Both the position numbers and the translations under genes were made by a program. 64,000 nt of DNA, taken from NCBI GenBank assembly GCA_963665115.1, contig OY762007.1, positions 6,528,001 through 6,592,000 of the forward strand, given 5' to 3'. The notes below the pieces were generated by a model. It was not told the DNA's origin, ran no database searches, and saw nothing but the letters and a program-made list of their open reading frames with translations. How positions within the stretch are numbered: the stretch's first letter is position 1; the number at the start of each line of letters is the position of its first letter. The stretch comes from an uncultured Rivularia sp. GTDB lineage: Bacteria > Cyanobacteriota > Cyanobacteriia > Cyanobacteriales > Nostocaceae. Positions 41,816 to 52,103 of this stretch are shown piece after piece.

Positions 41816-42298
41816 ATGACGGCAATGACTTTCACTATCGCAATTCCTAATAAATCTATTAACAGCTTGGATTTGTCTCCTGCAACAAAGGCAATCGATC
41901 AAATCCTTGCAGAGGATAATATCGCATTGAACGAACAGCAGTTATGTTTGGATATTCAATACGAATTAGAAGCGGGAGATCCACGGGAAATTTCTGAAAT
42001 TCCAGAAGTCCGATTGTGGTTTATTCGTTTGGATGCAAAATACCCGTGGCTTCCATTTTTACTGGATTGGCAATCTGGGGAGTTTGTTCGTTATGCTGCA
42101 ATGTTAGTTCCACATCAGTTTAGTTCTAAAGAAGGTATTCAGTATAATCCCGAAGCTTTAGAAATATTTCTGATGCAAAAAACCTTTCTTCTCAAAGATT
42201 GGTTGGAAAAACACAACATTCCCAGTCAATCTCGAATCAAGTCAATGGCGAAATTGCTGGGTTATGATTTGGATGATGAGCTATTCGCAATGCTGTAA
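41816..42298 (+). CDS. CRR6-family NDH-1 maturation factor (DUF1817)
   Basis: DPREISEIPEVRLWFIRLDAKYPWLPF and YAAMLVPHQF. Confidence 0.9.
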   Translation: MTAMTFTIAIPNKSINSLDLSPATKAIDQILAEDNIALNEQQLCLDIQYELEAGDPREISEIPEVRLWFIRLDAKYPWLPFLLDWQSGEFVRYAAMLVPHQFSSKEGIQYNPEALEIFLMQKTFLLKDWLEKHNIPSQSRIKSMAKLLGYDLDDELFAML

Positions 42299-42328
42299 TT
42301 GAAAAAAAAGGAATAGGGAACAATAAAA

Positions 42329-42357
42329 AAACCCGGTTTTTTGAAAAAACCGGGTTT
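42329..42357. repeat. 29-bp palindrome between convergent genes
   Basis: AAACCCGGTTTTTT-G-AAAAAACCGGGTTT. Confidence 0.75.
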
Positions 42358-42400
42358 CTATGTATCTTTAATTCTTATAATTCGGATTTAAAATACTATA

Positions 42401-43171
42401 TTAATCTTTTTGAATGCGCGAAATCAGACTTAATGCCGTGTTAAAAGCATACTCAACGGCTTTTGATTTGGTTGGTAAAGCTGATTGCCATATACGATAG
42501 TCGTTATATTCAATAATCAACTTAGCCATTTCATCGATACTATTTTTATTTAAAATATGATGTTGGGCTGATTCAAAATCTTCTATATTGCCGCCATTTT
42601 CAATAATTTCTTCACCCGCTTTGATAAATTCATCTAAAATTATTTGTGCGTAACGCTTCCCTGCACCTTCTGCAAATACAGATGTAGCTTTAAATGCTTT
42701 GTATTCCTCAAACAAAACATCTCCTATTTTCTGCCCTACTAATTTATTCCAACTTAACGGCAGTTCAATATCTAAACAATCACTATCGCTATATTTATAT
42801 TGTAAATATTCGTAAATATCTGAAGCCGATGCCTCTATTTTCTTTCCAGCAAACAGTTCTTTTAAAGTTTGAACGCTTGTATTGAATTCGGAGTCAGTAA
42901 ATACATTTTCTGCACCTTCGGGACAATCATATACCATATAAGTCCAAATTCCAGGACTTGCTGTGTCGCTACTTACAGCTTGATAAAATGTAATAGTTCC
43001 CTCTTCTTCACTCTCAAAATATGCGCTTTTTGTATCGCTAAATTGCCATAATGGTATATTCCGAGAGCCGAACATAATCTTTTTATAAATACCTGTGAGA
43101 TGATGAGGTTGAGTCTCCACCTGGATATAACGCTTTTTAGTAATAACTAAGCTATGTAACCGAATCGCCAT
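42401..43171 (-). CDS. Hypothetical protein
   Basis: 256-aa ORF, AAGGAAAG upstream; no family recognised. Confidence 0.75.
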   Translation of the reverse strand: MAIRLHSLVITKKRYIQVETQPHHLTGIYKKIMFGSRNIPLWQFSDTKSAYFESEEEGTITFYQAVSSDTASPGIWTYMVYDCPEGAENVFTDSEFNTSVQTLKELFAGKKIEASASDIYEYLQYKYSDSDCLDIELPLSWNKLVGQKIGDVLFEEYKAFKATSVFAEGAGKRYAQIILDEFIKAGEEIIENGGNIEDFESAQHHILNKNSIDEMAKLIIEYNDYRIWQSALPTKSKAVEYAFNTALSLISRIQKD

Positions 43172-44098
43172 TATTTCTTTCCTTATATTTAATTAATCAT
43201 TTACAAAGGTGATTTCACCTACTTAACAGCTAGATGGAAGTTCATGCAAAAGAATTTAACGCTTTTATCTCTATTAGTACATCTTTCACAAGGAAGAGTG
43301 TTTGTATCAATTAACCACTTTAAGCTTAAAAATATAAGTTTTTTTGGCATTGATTATTAACGATTAATATTTCACATCAACTTCATTTATTATGTTGACT
43401 AATAAAGTTACAAAACTTCAAACTAGCTGTTAATTTGAAAAGCCTTTTTGTTCTAACTACTGAGTTTAAATATGACAAGTTGAATGCAATAGTTGGGATT
43501 TGTAAACCGCAGCCGGTTTTTCCATTATTGCTAACTTGGATAATCAAATCATTCGTGTTGTAGCGACGATGCACTACTTGTGATGATTTAAATAGAACGG
43601 TGAGATACACAATATTTTTTTAGGCTTCTGATTTATCATTCCCATAAATGATATGAAACTAACATTCTGACTAAAAAAAATGATTATTTTTTCTCAAAGC
43701 CGATGAACTTCGATATTAAGCGGCTTCTAGACGACAAACTAAAAAAAAATCAAAAAAAAATATTTTGTTAGCTATGTGACATATTGCAATTAAATGTATT
43801 TTGTTCAACAATAAGATGTGAAATCTACATAAGTTTTATTCCTGAAAATAAAAAGTGAGTAGCCTTCAAGCAAAATTTGGACTAAGTTTTATAGCTTAAT
43901 AGATACTTATGTTTTTATATTGAGGGGTTCAACCCCCCATTTAATTAAAATGCTCTGTCAACAAGGCTTTATGCGCTTTGTCGAGAATTAAACTTTGATA
44001 CATTTTGGTATTCAAACCCGCTAACTTTGTTTTCTTCAAACTGTGTATAAAAATCTAATCGCTTCAAAACATAAAGTTTTTTTCAAAAAAAATGTAAT

Positions 44099-44114
44099 TG
44101 TATTCGGAAATACA
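44099..44114. promoter_or_regulatory. Candidate NtcA site
   Basis: TGTA-TTCGGAAA-TACA fits TGTA-N8-TACA; no canonically spaced -10 box seen. Confidence 0.35.
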
Positions 44115-44485
44115 AAAAAGCAGATTTAGGTAATTAATAAAACACGTTGTTATTTCAACCTAGTATAAAGTATTCTATCAACTTTAATTAGAATTTAACC
44201 TTCCGTTTAAAAAAATTAATTATGCTTGGTGTCGAATGATAGTAACTGAAAAGTGTTTTGAAATACTTCCTTAGCAAATAAAAGATTTTTTTCAAAGTCA
44301 AGGTTATTTGTATAGTAAATAACAAAATTAATAGTTTCCCGATAATAATTTTTTCATTCAAATAATTTCTACTTATAAGCAGGAGCCTCTAAAAAGATGG
44401 CACCAGGTATTTTTTTTGATACCCAGTGCTGTAAGTTATATGAAATTTTACTTTCTGTGACTCTCCGACAACCGAAATTTTCTAC

Positions 44486-45427
44486 TTAGCCTTGCCAAAC
44501 TTTTTCTAAAACGGTTGCTGGTGGAATATCTGCCATCAAGCCGGAAGGAGATTTAATGGCAATAAACTTATCACTTTTAGGTAATAATTTAGTTGATTCG
44601 GCCGAACCGAATAAAGCAATAGTGTAGGTTTGCAAGAAGACAGCAAGTTGCATCGGCGCACTATTAGTACACAACATTAAATTAGCCCCGGCAATGATTG
44701 CAGCGAGTTTACCAATATTATCGGGAAAAGTTTCCTTGATATCTGGTATTACTTCAGAGAAAGTACGCATCAAATCTTGATTATCTGGTTGAGAGATAAC
44801 CACTACGGGCATATCTGGCTGCTTTTCTCTAAAATCTTTAATCACAGATAGCCATTTTTTCACGGGATAGGAAGTCTCGGCATCACCGGAGCCACCGTAA
44901 ACCAAAATATAGCCCGTATCATTAACTCCCAAACGTAATTGTTCGGAAGATGCCCAGTCAATATCTGGTTTTGGTACATTGAGTGCTAGCTCGGGATAAG
45001 TAGAATCAATCCCCAGCCCTCTGAGCAAATCATTGTACATATAAGCGGCGTATTGTTCCTCATCCCGAGGTACTACGCGATTGAGAAATACGGAACCATT
45101 TCCCTTGAAACCAACCCGCGTACCGATACCAGTCAGCCACAATAGCAAACGAGTATACCAACTTTGTGACGAGGTAATTGCAATATCATATTCGCGATCG
45201 CGAATCGTACCGATTAAGTTACCCCAATCAGCCATGCTATTGCGATCTTTGAAATCAAAAACCTTCACTTCCGAGACAGACTTACTTACCCGGTAAGCAG
45301 CCTTCGAGGAAGGTTCGCACACCACATCAATCGTAGATGTATTGTACTTCCGCTTGAGATTGTCCAAGGTCGGAAAAAATAGAATTTGCTCTCCTATTCC
45401 ACCAGGGACAAGGGCTACTATTCGCAT
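44486..45427 (-). CDS. Glycosyltransferase family 9 protein
   Basis: PGGIGEQILFFP, IRDREYD and LAAIIAGANLMLCTNSAPMQLA. Confidence 0.88.
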   Translation of the reverse strand: MRIVALVPGGIGEQILFFPTLDNLKRKYNTSTIDVVCEPSSKAAYRVSKSVSEVKVFDFKDRNSMADWGNLIGTIRDREYDIAITSSQSWYTRLLLWLTGIGTRVGFKGNGSVFLNRVVPRDEEQYAAYMYNDLLRGLGIDSTYPELALNVPKPDIDWASSEQLRLGVNDTGYILVYGGSGDAETSYPVKKWLSVIKDFREKQPDMPVVVISQPDNQDLMRTFSEVIPDIKETFPDNIGKLAAIIAGANLMLCTNSAPMQLAVFLQTYTIALFGSAESTKLLPKSDKFIAIKSPSGLMADIPPATVLEKVWQG

Positions 45428-45658
45428 ATTATTTATTTACGGTAACTGGCTATTTATTTTAGGGGAAGATGAGTGATTGGGAATTGGTAATTGGGAATGG
45501 GTAATTGGTAATGAGTAATTGGGGATTGGGCATTGGGCATGGGGGATTGGGGATTGGGGATTGGGAATAGTTAGGAGTAGCGAGTTATTTTCCCCTTGTC
45601 CCCTTGTCCCCCCATCTCCCCATCCCCCATCCCCCTCCACGGTGTGATAAAGAAAGAT

Positions 45659-45760
45659 TAAGTTGTTACGCACTTAATTTGTATAGTATTAGCGGGCAAG
45701 ATGCCCGCACTACAATAATTACCAAATTTTGTTTTATACAATTTAGCTGCACATCAGCTT
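45659..45760. mobile_element. MITE-like element enclosing a REP palindrome
   Basis: TAAGTTGTTACGCACTTAATTTGTATA ... TATACAATTTAGCTGCACATCAGCTTA imperfect inverted ends around AGCGGGCAAGATGCCCGCACTAC. Confidence 0.6.
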
Positions 45761-45787
45761 ATTAATTTAAATCGAGGATTCACCGAA

Positions 45788-46469
45788 GTGTACTTACTAA
45801 TTCCCGCAGCGGGAAGCGGCAGAAGAATGGGTAGTAATAGAAATAAACTCCTGTTGGATTTGCTGGGACAATCAATTATTAGCTGGGACAATAAGAGCAG
45901 CAGCAACCGCCGAGCGGATCGATTGGATTGGAATAATTTCTCAGCCAGACGATTGGCAAGATTTTGAGAAAATTCTAAGTCAGATGAAGTTAGATAAGCC
46001 AGTCAAATTAATAAATGGTGGTTCTACTCGTCAAGAATCAGTTTACAATGGTCTGCGGGCATTGCCATCTCAAGCAGAGCAAGTACTAATTCACGATGGA
46101 GCAAGATGTCTCGCCACGCCAAATTTATTTAACTCTTGTGCCGAAACTCTTGGTAAAACTAGCGGTTTAATTGCCGCAATACCAGTTAAGGACACAATTA
46201 AAGTTGTAAATGAAAATAACATAATTCAATCGACACCCGACCGACGGCTATTATGGGCAGCACAAACCCCTCAAGGATTTGATGTCAAATTATTAAAACA
46301 ATGCCACCAAGAAGCCGTTAGCAAAGCCTGGGAGGTCACAGATGATGCTGCCTTATTTGAAAAGTGCCAGTTGGAAGTATTAATAGTTCCGGGGGAAGAA
46401 ACTAATTTAAAAATTACCACTCCACAGGATTTGGCGATCGCAGAGTTTATTTTGAAAAGTAGGGAGTAG
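45788..46469 (+). CDS. ispD: MEP cytidylyltransferase; apparent frameshift at 45885-45887
   Basis: GTG start gives [14 protein letters not shown]...NKLL; later [22 protein letters not shown] and [10 protein letters not shown]. Confidence 0.93.
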
Positions 46470-46780
46470 GGAAGAGGGGAGGAGATGGGGAGACAAGGGG
46501 ACAAGGAGATGGGTTGATAGTTTTTAACTCCTAATTCCTAACTATTCACTCTTAACTATTCCCGTTCCCTACTTTCTACTTGCTACTTGCTACTTGCTAC
46601 TTTCTACTTTCTACTTGCTACTTGCTACTTTCTACTTGCTACTTGCTACTTCCTACTCCCTATTAAACATTGACATCCAATTAATAAAATGGTACTATCC
46701 GTGCCAACTTGCTTGTAGTGTGTTTTCTTGAGTTGTGCTTTGTCCGTTGCGATAAACTCTTGAATGTGGATTGATAACCG

Positions 46781-47323
46781 ATGATTGTAGCGGCATCAAA
46801 GATCGAAGCGATTTTGTATCTGAAGGGCAAACCCATGTCTATTGGGGAAATAGCTGACTGTGCAAAGTGCGATCGCGTCACGGCGGAGGAAGGGATAATT
46901 GAGTTAGTTGATGAATATGCTCATCGAGATAGTGCTTTGGAAGTTGTGGAGACTCCCCAGGGTTACAGTCTGCAATTGCGCTCGGATTTTCATGATTTGG
47001 TACAAACGCTGATCCCGGTAGAGTTGGGTGTAGGAGCTTTGCGGACTTTGGCTGCAATTGCTCTAAATAGTCCGATGCTGCAAAGCGATTTAATCAATTT
47101 AAGAGGTTCGGGAGCGTATCAACACGTTCCTGAGTTGGTAGAACAAGGTTTTGTTCGTAAAAAACGTAGCGGCGATTCTCGCTCTTTTTCTTTGCAAGTT
47201 ACCCCAAAATTTCATCAATATTTTCAAATAGATAAATTACCTCAACCTTTTTCCAATTTTAAGAATCAACAACTCGAACTTGAATTACAGCCGGTAACTA
47301 CCCAAGCGGCAGAAAGCGCTTAG
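46781..47323 (+). CDS. scpB: SMC-Scp complex subunit ScpB
   Basis: IEAILY, ALRTLAAIA, LINLRG and TPKFHQYF. Confidence 0.92.
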   Translation: MIVAASKIEAILYLKGKPMSIGEIADCAKCDRVTAEEGIIELVDEYAHRDSALEVVETPQGYSLQLRSDFHDLVQTLIPVELGVGALRTLAAIALNSPMLQSDLINLRGSGAYQHVPELVEQGFVRKKRSGDSRSFSLQVTPKFHQYFQIDKLPQPFSNFKNQQLELELQPVTTQAAESA

Positions 47324-47340
47324 AAGGGTGAAAGTAACTA

Positions 47341-47477
47341 TATAGCAAGTATGAGGGGCGATTGACTTAAATGCAGCAAGTGTAACAGGATGGCGGATAA
47401 CTGCTTCATAGCTGTAAATAAAAATTTCACTTACCGCATTATTTGAGCAGGGTCAAGGTGCCTCATACTCTTAGTAT
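47341..47477. repeat. Inverted-repeat-bounded ~135-bp element
   Basis: AGTATGAGGGGCGATTGAC ... GTCAAGGTGCCTCATACT. Confidence 0.45.
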
Positions 47478-47519
47478 GGTTTACAGTAGAATTAGCAACA
47501 AAAGCGAAAATAATTGCCA

Positions 47520-47864
47520 ATGGTGTTTGATCCAGACTTTTTGAACGACAACTTTGAACAACACCCCAATCAAAATATTTTTGACAACATTGAGGAAGAT
47601 CCCAATCAGTTGCTCAAATATCTTGAACATCAACCTCCCGAGGTTTTAGCACGGGTAGCCCAGTCTGTTAGCCCCGAAATTAAACAAATCATTTCGCAAA
47701 ACGTCCAAGGGCTTGTAGGAATGTTACCCCCAGCAAATTTTAACGTGCAGGTGACAACAGACAGGGATAATCTTGCCGGACTTTTAGCTTCAGCAATGAT
47801 GACGGGGTATTTCCTGCGCCAAATGGAACAACGAATGAATTTAGATGATTTAACTAGTAAATAG
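47520..47864 (+). CDS. DUF760 protein
   Basis: LLKYLEHQPPEVLARVA and LAGLLASAMMTGYFLRQMEQR. Confidence 0.88.
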   Translation: MVFDPDFLNDNFEQHPNQNIFDNIEEDPNQLLKYLEHQPPEVLARVAQSVSPEIKQIISQNVQGLVGMLPPANFNVQVTTDRDNLAGLLASAMMTGYFLRQMEQRMNLDDLTSK

Positions 47865-48079
47865 CTCAAATTAGTTATGAGTTATGAGCGTTATTAATCG
47901 ATTTACGGCTCCCCGGTTATTACCATACATAGTAATGGCCCGAAACTGACGATTGTTAACTAACTCTTAACTCTTAACTCTTAACTGTTTATCTGAGTTT
48001 CTCTAAATTTATGCGGAGCAGGTGTTGAGGATTTGTTAATATTTTTTCAAATTTTTTCAAATTTTTCTAAAACTCCTTA

Positions 48080-49289
48080 TCACTTGTGGGGATAAGCTCC
48101 AGATTGAACTTTAAAGGTTTGGAGTTTGCCTTCTCGTTTAACTTGAATTTGCAGAATATCTCCTACTGTTGAAGATTCTACAAATTTTTGTACTTGTGCG
48201 GAAGATTTAACGGGTTGCTTGTTAATTTTTTCAATAATGTCCCCAGGGCGCAAACCGGCTTCTTTTGCGGGGGAATCATCTGTAACTCTTCTTACTAGAA
48301 TGCCTGTTTCTTGCTTTAACTCAAAAGATGTTTCTTGAGACAACTGCTTTGTCTTACTAGGAGTCAAATCCACCATTTCGATACCAAGGAAAGGATGCTG
48401 TACTTCTCCTTTAGTAAATAACTCATCGGCGATACGAGCAGCAGTTTCGATAGGTATCGCAAAACCCAAACCTTGAGCATCAGCGCGAATTGCCGTATTT
48501 ACCCCAATCACTTCACCTTGGGAATTTAATAAAGGGGCCACCAGAGTTACCGGGGTTGATAGCAGCGTCAGTTTGGATGAAGCTAACTCGCTTATCTGGA
48601 ACCCCTACCTGAGCGCTGGTACGATCGGTAGCGCTAATAATTCCAATTGTGACAGTATTATCCAAACCCAAAGGATTACCAATGGCGATCGCCCATTGTC
48701 CGGGAATTAGATTGCGAGAGCTTCCCAATCTGACATTAGGTAATTCCGAAGCGGGGATCTTGACTACGGCTACATCGGTGATTTTGTCAACACCAACCAC
48801 TTTACCTTCAAAAGTGCGACCATCCTTAAGAGTTACCTGCACGGTATCAGTATCTGATACTACGTGAGCATTGGTCAACAACTTTCCATCATCACTTAAT
48901 ATAAAACCCGAACCCGTACCCCGCTCAATTCTTTCTTGAGGAAACGGTTGCTCATCTTCTCCAAAAAATCGACGTAGGAGAGGATTTTTTAATGCTTTCG
49001 ATATCGGATTAGCCACTTTACGAGTAGCATTAATTCGTACTACCGCAGATCCAGTTTTTTGTACTGCGCTAGCAATAAAATTCATTTCGCCTCCTCCATT
49101 CCCGGCAGCAGAAGTTCCCACTGGACGGTTAATAACAGTTTCCGGAGGCAAAGCTACTGTGACATTTTTAAACTGATTATAAGAGCGACTTTGCGGCAGG
49201 AAGCGACTTCCTAATAAACCTGCACCACCACCAATTGCCACTAAAGAAAGGGAAACAGCCAATCGCTTTACAGATAACTTCATAACCAT
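48080..49289 (-). CDS. HtrA/HhoA/HhoB serine protease with PDZ domain; apparent frameshift near 48531-48537
   Basis: GTGSGF, TNAHVV, QTDAAINPGNSGG joined to PLLNSQGEVIGVNTAI. Confidence 0.93.
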
Positions 49290-49628
49290 ACGCTTAAGGA
49301 CAGCAATGCAGATGCTAATTTATAATTTTAGTCAACAAATAGACTAGTTGAGAGATAAGTTTGATAACAAAGGCATTCAAGTATTTACCTTTGAATAATA
49401 AAATTTATAAGAACTAATCGATTTTAGATTTTGGATTAACTCTACTGAATAAATCCACAGGTGGAGAAGATTTTAGATTAACGGAAAAGGTTTTGCTTTA
49501 AACAGCAATCGAAAACAAGTGCATTCGTGATTAAAATCCAAAATCTAAAATCTAAAATCCAAAAGACAAACGCGCGGTGTTTAATCTTTAAAATAATCTA
49601 TATATAAACTTATCATTTTTTTATATAC

Positions 49629-50522
49629 ATGAGCTTTCGTTATTGTTCAGTCTTGTTTTGTGGTTTAGCCAGTATACTTAGCTTAATATCCACATTTCCT
49701 AATTCTGCTTTAGCGCAGTCTAAACAAAGAAATTGCCCAGAACCGGCTTTGGAGCGTTTCGTGCGCCATCAAGTAGCACCAGAAGAAACTTTAAAAGCCA
49801 TAGCACAAAGCTATAACGTTACTCCTGCAACCATTATCCGCATGAATCCTGCAATACGTAACGGTAAAGTTACTGTAGGTCAAAAATTAATTATTCCTCC
49901 CTACGACGGGATTGTCGTTAAATTACGCAGCGGACAAACTTTAAAGCAAATTGCAGCACAACATAAGATTCGTGCCGATGCGCTTTTTGAAGTCAATGGT
50001 TGTCAAGAGAATCCTGAAGTCGTTTTTGTTCCGCAACTTAAGAAATCGCAAAATTCGACTCAACCTTCATCTACAGAACCAAATGTTCTCGAAACTATTT
50101 CCAATTCCAGTAAATTAAACGGATATCCCTTACCAGAAAATACTGCTGTAGCATTTCCTTATGGATGGCAAATAAATCCAAGTAACGGCGACGTATTCTT
50201 CCATAGCGGTATAGACTTGTCAGCACAACCTGGAACCTCCGTACAAGCAATTGGTGAAGGAGTAGTAGTCTTAGCCCAAGAACAAGGTTCTTACGGCAAC
50301 TTAGTAATTATCAATCACAGTGGCGGAATGCAAAGCCGCTATGCCCACCTTGAGGATATCAAAGTTAGCGCCGGAGAGAAAGTAAATAAAGGCGATTTAG
50401 TGGGAACAGTAGGAAGTACGGGTGAACCAACTTTGAAAAAACCCCACCTCCACTTTGAAATCCGTTCTAATTCTTCTTTGGGTTGGGTAGCGAAAGATCC
50501 CCAAGAGTATTTGAGGAGGTGA
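49629..50522 (+). CDS. LysM + M23 peptidase
   Basis: Signal peptide, LysM repeats, HSGID, YAHL and PHLHFE motifs. Confidence 0.92.
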   Translation: MSFRYCSVLFCGLASILSLISTFPNSALAQSKQRNCPEPALERFVRHQVAPEETLKAIAQSYNVTPATIIRMNPAIRNGKVTVGQKLIIPPYDGIVVKLRSGQTLKQIAAQHKIRADALFEVNGCQENPEVVFVPQLKKSQNSTQPSSTEPNVLETISNSSKLNGYPLPENTAVAFPYGWQINPSNGDVFFHSGIDLSAQPGTSVQAIGEGVVVLAQEQGSYGNLVIINHSGGMQSRYAHLEDIKVSAGEKVNKGDLVGTVGSTGEPTLKKPHLHFEIRSNSSLGWVAKDPQEYLRR

Positions 50523-50564
50523 GGGGGAAGAGGGGGGAGAGGGGGAAGAGGGGGGAGAATATTT

Positions 50565-50790
50565 CGTAGGTTGGGTTAGGCGCATCCGCGAATCACGGTT
50601 TTGACTATAAATAAGCAGCGCCGTAACCCAACATTTTAAATTCAAGATTCAATTGATTTTTAATTACTAACTCGTAGAAACCCTCAGACTGGAAGTCTGG
50701 GGCTACATAAACAAAGCCCCTCCGGGTTCGGCAGTCCCCTCAACGGAGGGAACCTCCGCACAGGGCTGCTCTCACCACCTGCGTGGGCTA
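50565..50790. repeat. Cluster of nested short dispersed palindromic repeats
   Basis: GTAGGTTGGGTTA..TAACCCAAC; GGGGCTACATAAACAAAGCCC[insert]ACCTGCGTGGGCT, with related uninterrupted copies near 34575 and 52015. Confidence 0.65.
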
Positions 50791-50844
50791 ATATTAAATT
50801 CAAAATTCAATAATTCCTCACTCCTAACCTTTGACCTTTAACCT

Positions 50845-51849
50845 CTAACCTTTGACCTTAATTAATTTCATTCCCGATAAAGCAAATCTTTTAAATGCAG
50901 CGTCGGCTTGTTCTGAATAATCTACAACTCCAGGTACAACCACGGGTGAGGTGCAATCTTCTAGAAGATGAATTTTTTTGGCAAGATTAATATCTGTTTT
51001 CTTAATATCTGTTAATAAATCGTCGATTGTCCAAGCTACGCAGTGACTTTTTGCTTGTCCCGCAATAATAACTTTATCAAAATCTAGAAGCTGTTTAATT
51101 AAACGGGTATTCTTTTGTGCAATTGGACTATTATCAAAACTTTCTAATACTTCCGGGCTTAATACCGAATAATTTTCAGTTAATGGATTATTTCCCTTGA
51201 TTTCAAATTGTGCTTGCGAGTTGCGAACGATGGAGTGAAAAAAGATTGCTTCCTCTACCGAAGAAACCAAAGCATGACCGATTCCACCTAACATCGAATG
51301 ATAAGACCAAACTGTGAGCGGATATTTTCCGTTGTCGGTGAGTTTCTTGACGTAATGATAAGCGTACTTTTCTAAAAATTCGTAGTCATATCCCAAACTG
51401 AAACTAACTGCCGGATTAACCTTCCAATTACCATTATCGATATCATTTGGAACAATATTAGTAGCCGAAGGAATCGGATGTTCCCCAGCGGAATTCACCC
51501 AGAATATCGGATGAAAAATTTGCATTGCAGTGTGAGTATCCATCGTCGGGATAATTGTAGTAATTTCACCCAAATTGCGATAAATAAATTCACACAGACG
51601 CACGTTATCTTCTATAGCTCCTTTTCCCGACTTGCCACCAACAAATAATTCAAAATCGGGAATACAAAAAGTGTTTTGCACATCGATTAATAATAAACAA
51701 ACGCGACTTTTATCTTCAGAAGCTGGTTTGATGTTGTGTTGCTTTGCCCATGCTTCAGCTTCGATGGAACGTAGTTGATAAGGTACCCGCCAGATTTCGC
51801 TGACTTTTGCAGGGGTGAAATGTGGGGGGATAGGGAGTTGGGGGTTCAT
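50845..51849 (-). CDS. Isochorismatase/nicotinamidase-like cysteine hydrolase
   Basis: LLIDVQNTFC, TMDTH, KGNNPLTENYS and AGQAKSHCV motifs. Confidence 0.88.
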   Translation of the reverse strand: MNPQLPIPPHFTPAKVSEIWRVPYQLRSIEAEAWAKQHNIKPASEDKSRVCLLLIDVQNTFCIPDFELFVGGKSGKGAIEDNVRLCEFIYRNLGEITTIIPTMDTHTAMQIFHPIFWVNSAGEHPIPSATNIVPNDIDNGNWKVNPAVSFSLGYDYEFLEKYAYHYVKKLTDNGKYPLTVWSYHSMLGGIGHALVSSVEEAIFFHSIVRNSQAQFEIKGNNPLTENYSVLSPEVLESFDNSPIAQKNTRLIKQLLDFDKVIIAGQAKSHCVAWTIDDLLTDIKKTDINLAKKIHLLEDCTSPVVVPGVVDYSEQADAAFKRFALSGMKLIKVKG

Positions 51850-52103
51850 TTTTATGATTTGTTATCGTTGACATTATATTAATGGTATGAATCTTGATTG
51901 ATTGTTGCTAGTTTTGTAGGGTGTGTGACGCGATGAAAAACATTGAACGTAGCAATAAGCGTTGTAGCGTCACGCACCATCAATCATTTATGACAATATC
52001 GTAAGTTCGATAATTGACTACACAGGCAAAACCCATCTGCGTGGGTTAAAAATATAATTGCGACCGCGTTAGTTTTAATAAATATTTATCTCTGTCAAAA
52101 AAA

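Noticed and set aside
43383..43610. 75-aa ORF in the long spacer
   Set aside because: Non-ATG start, no RBS and no recognisable features
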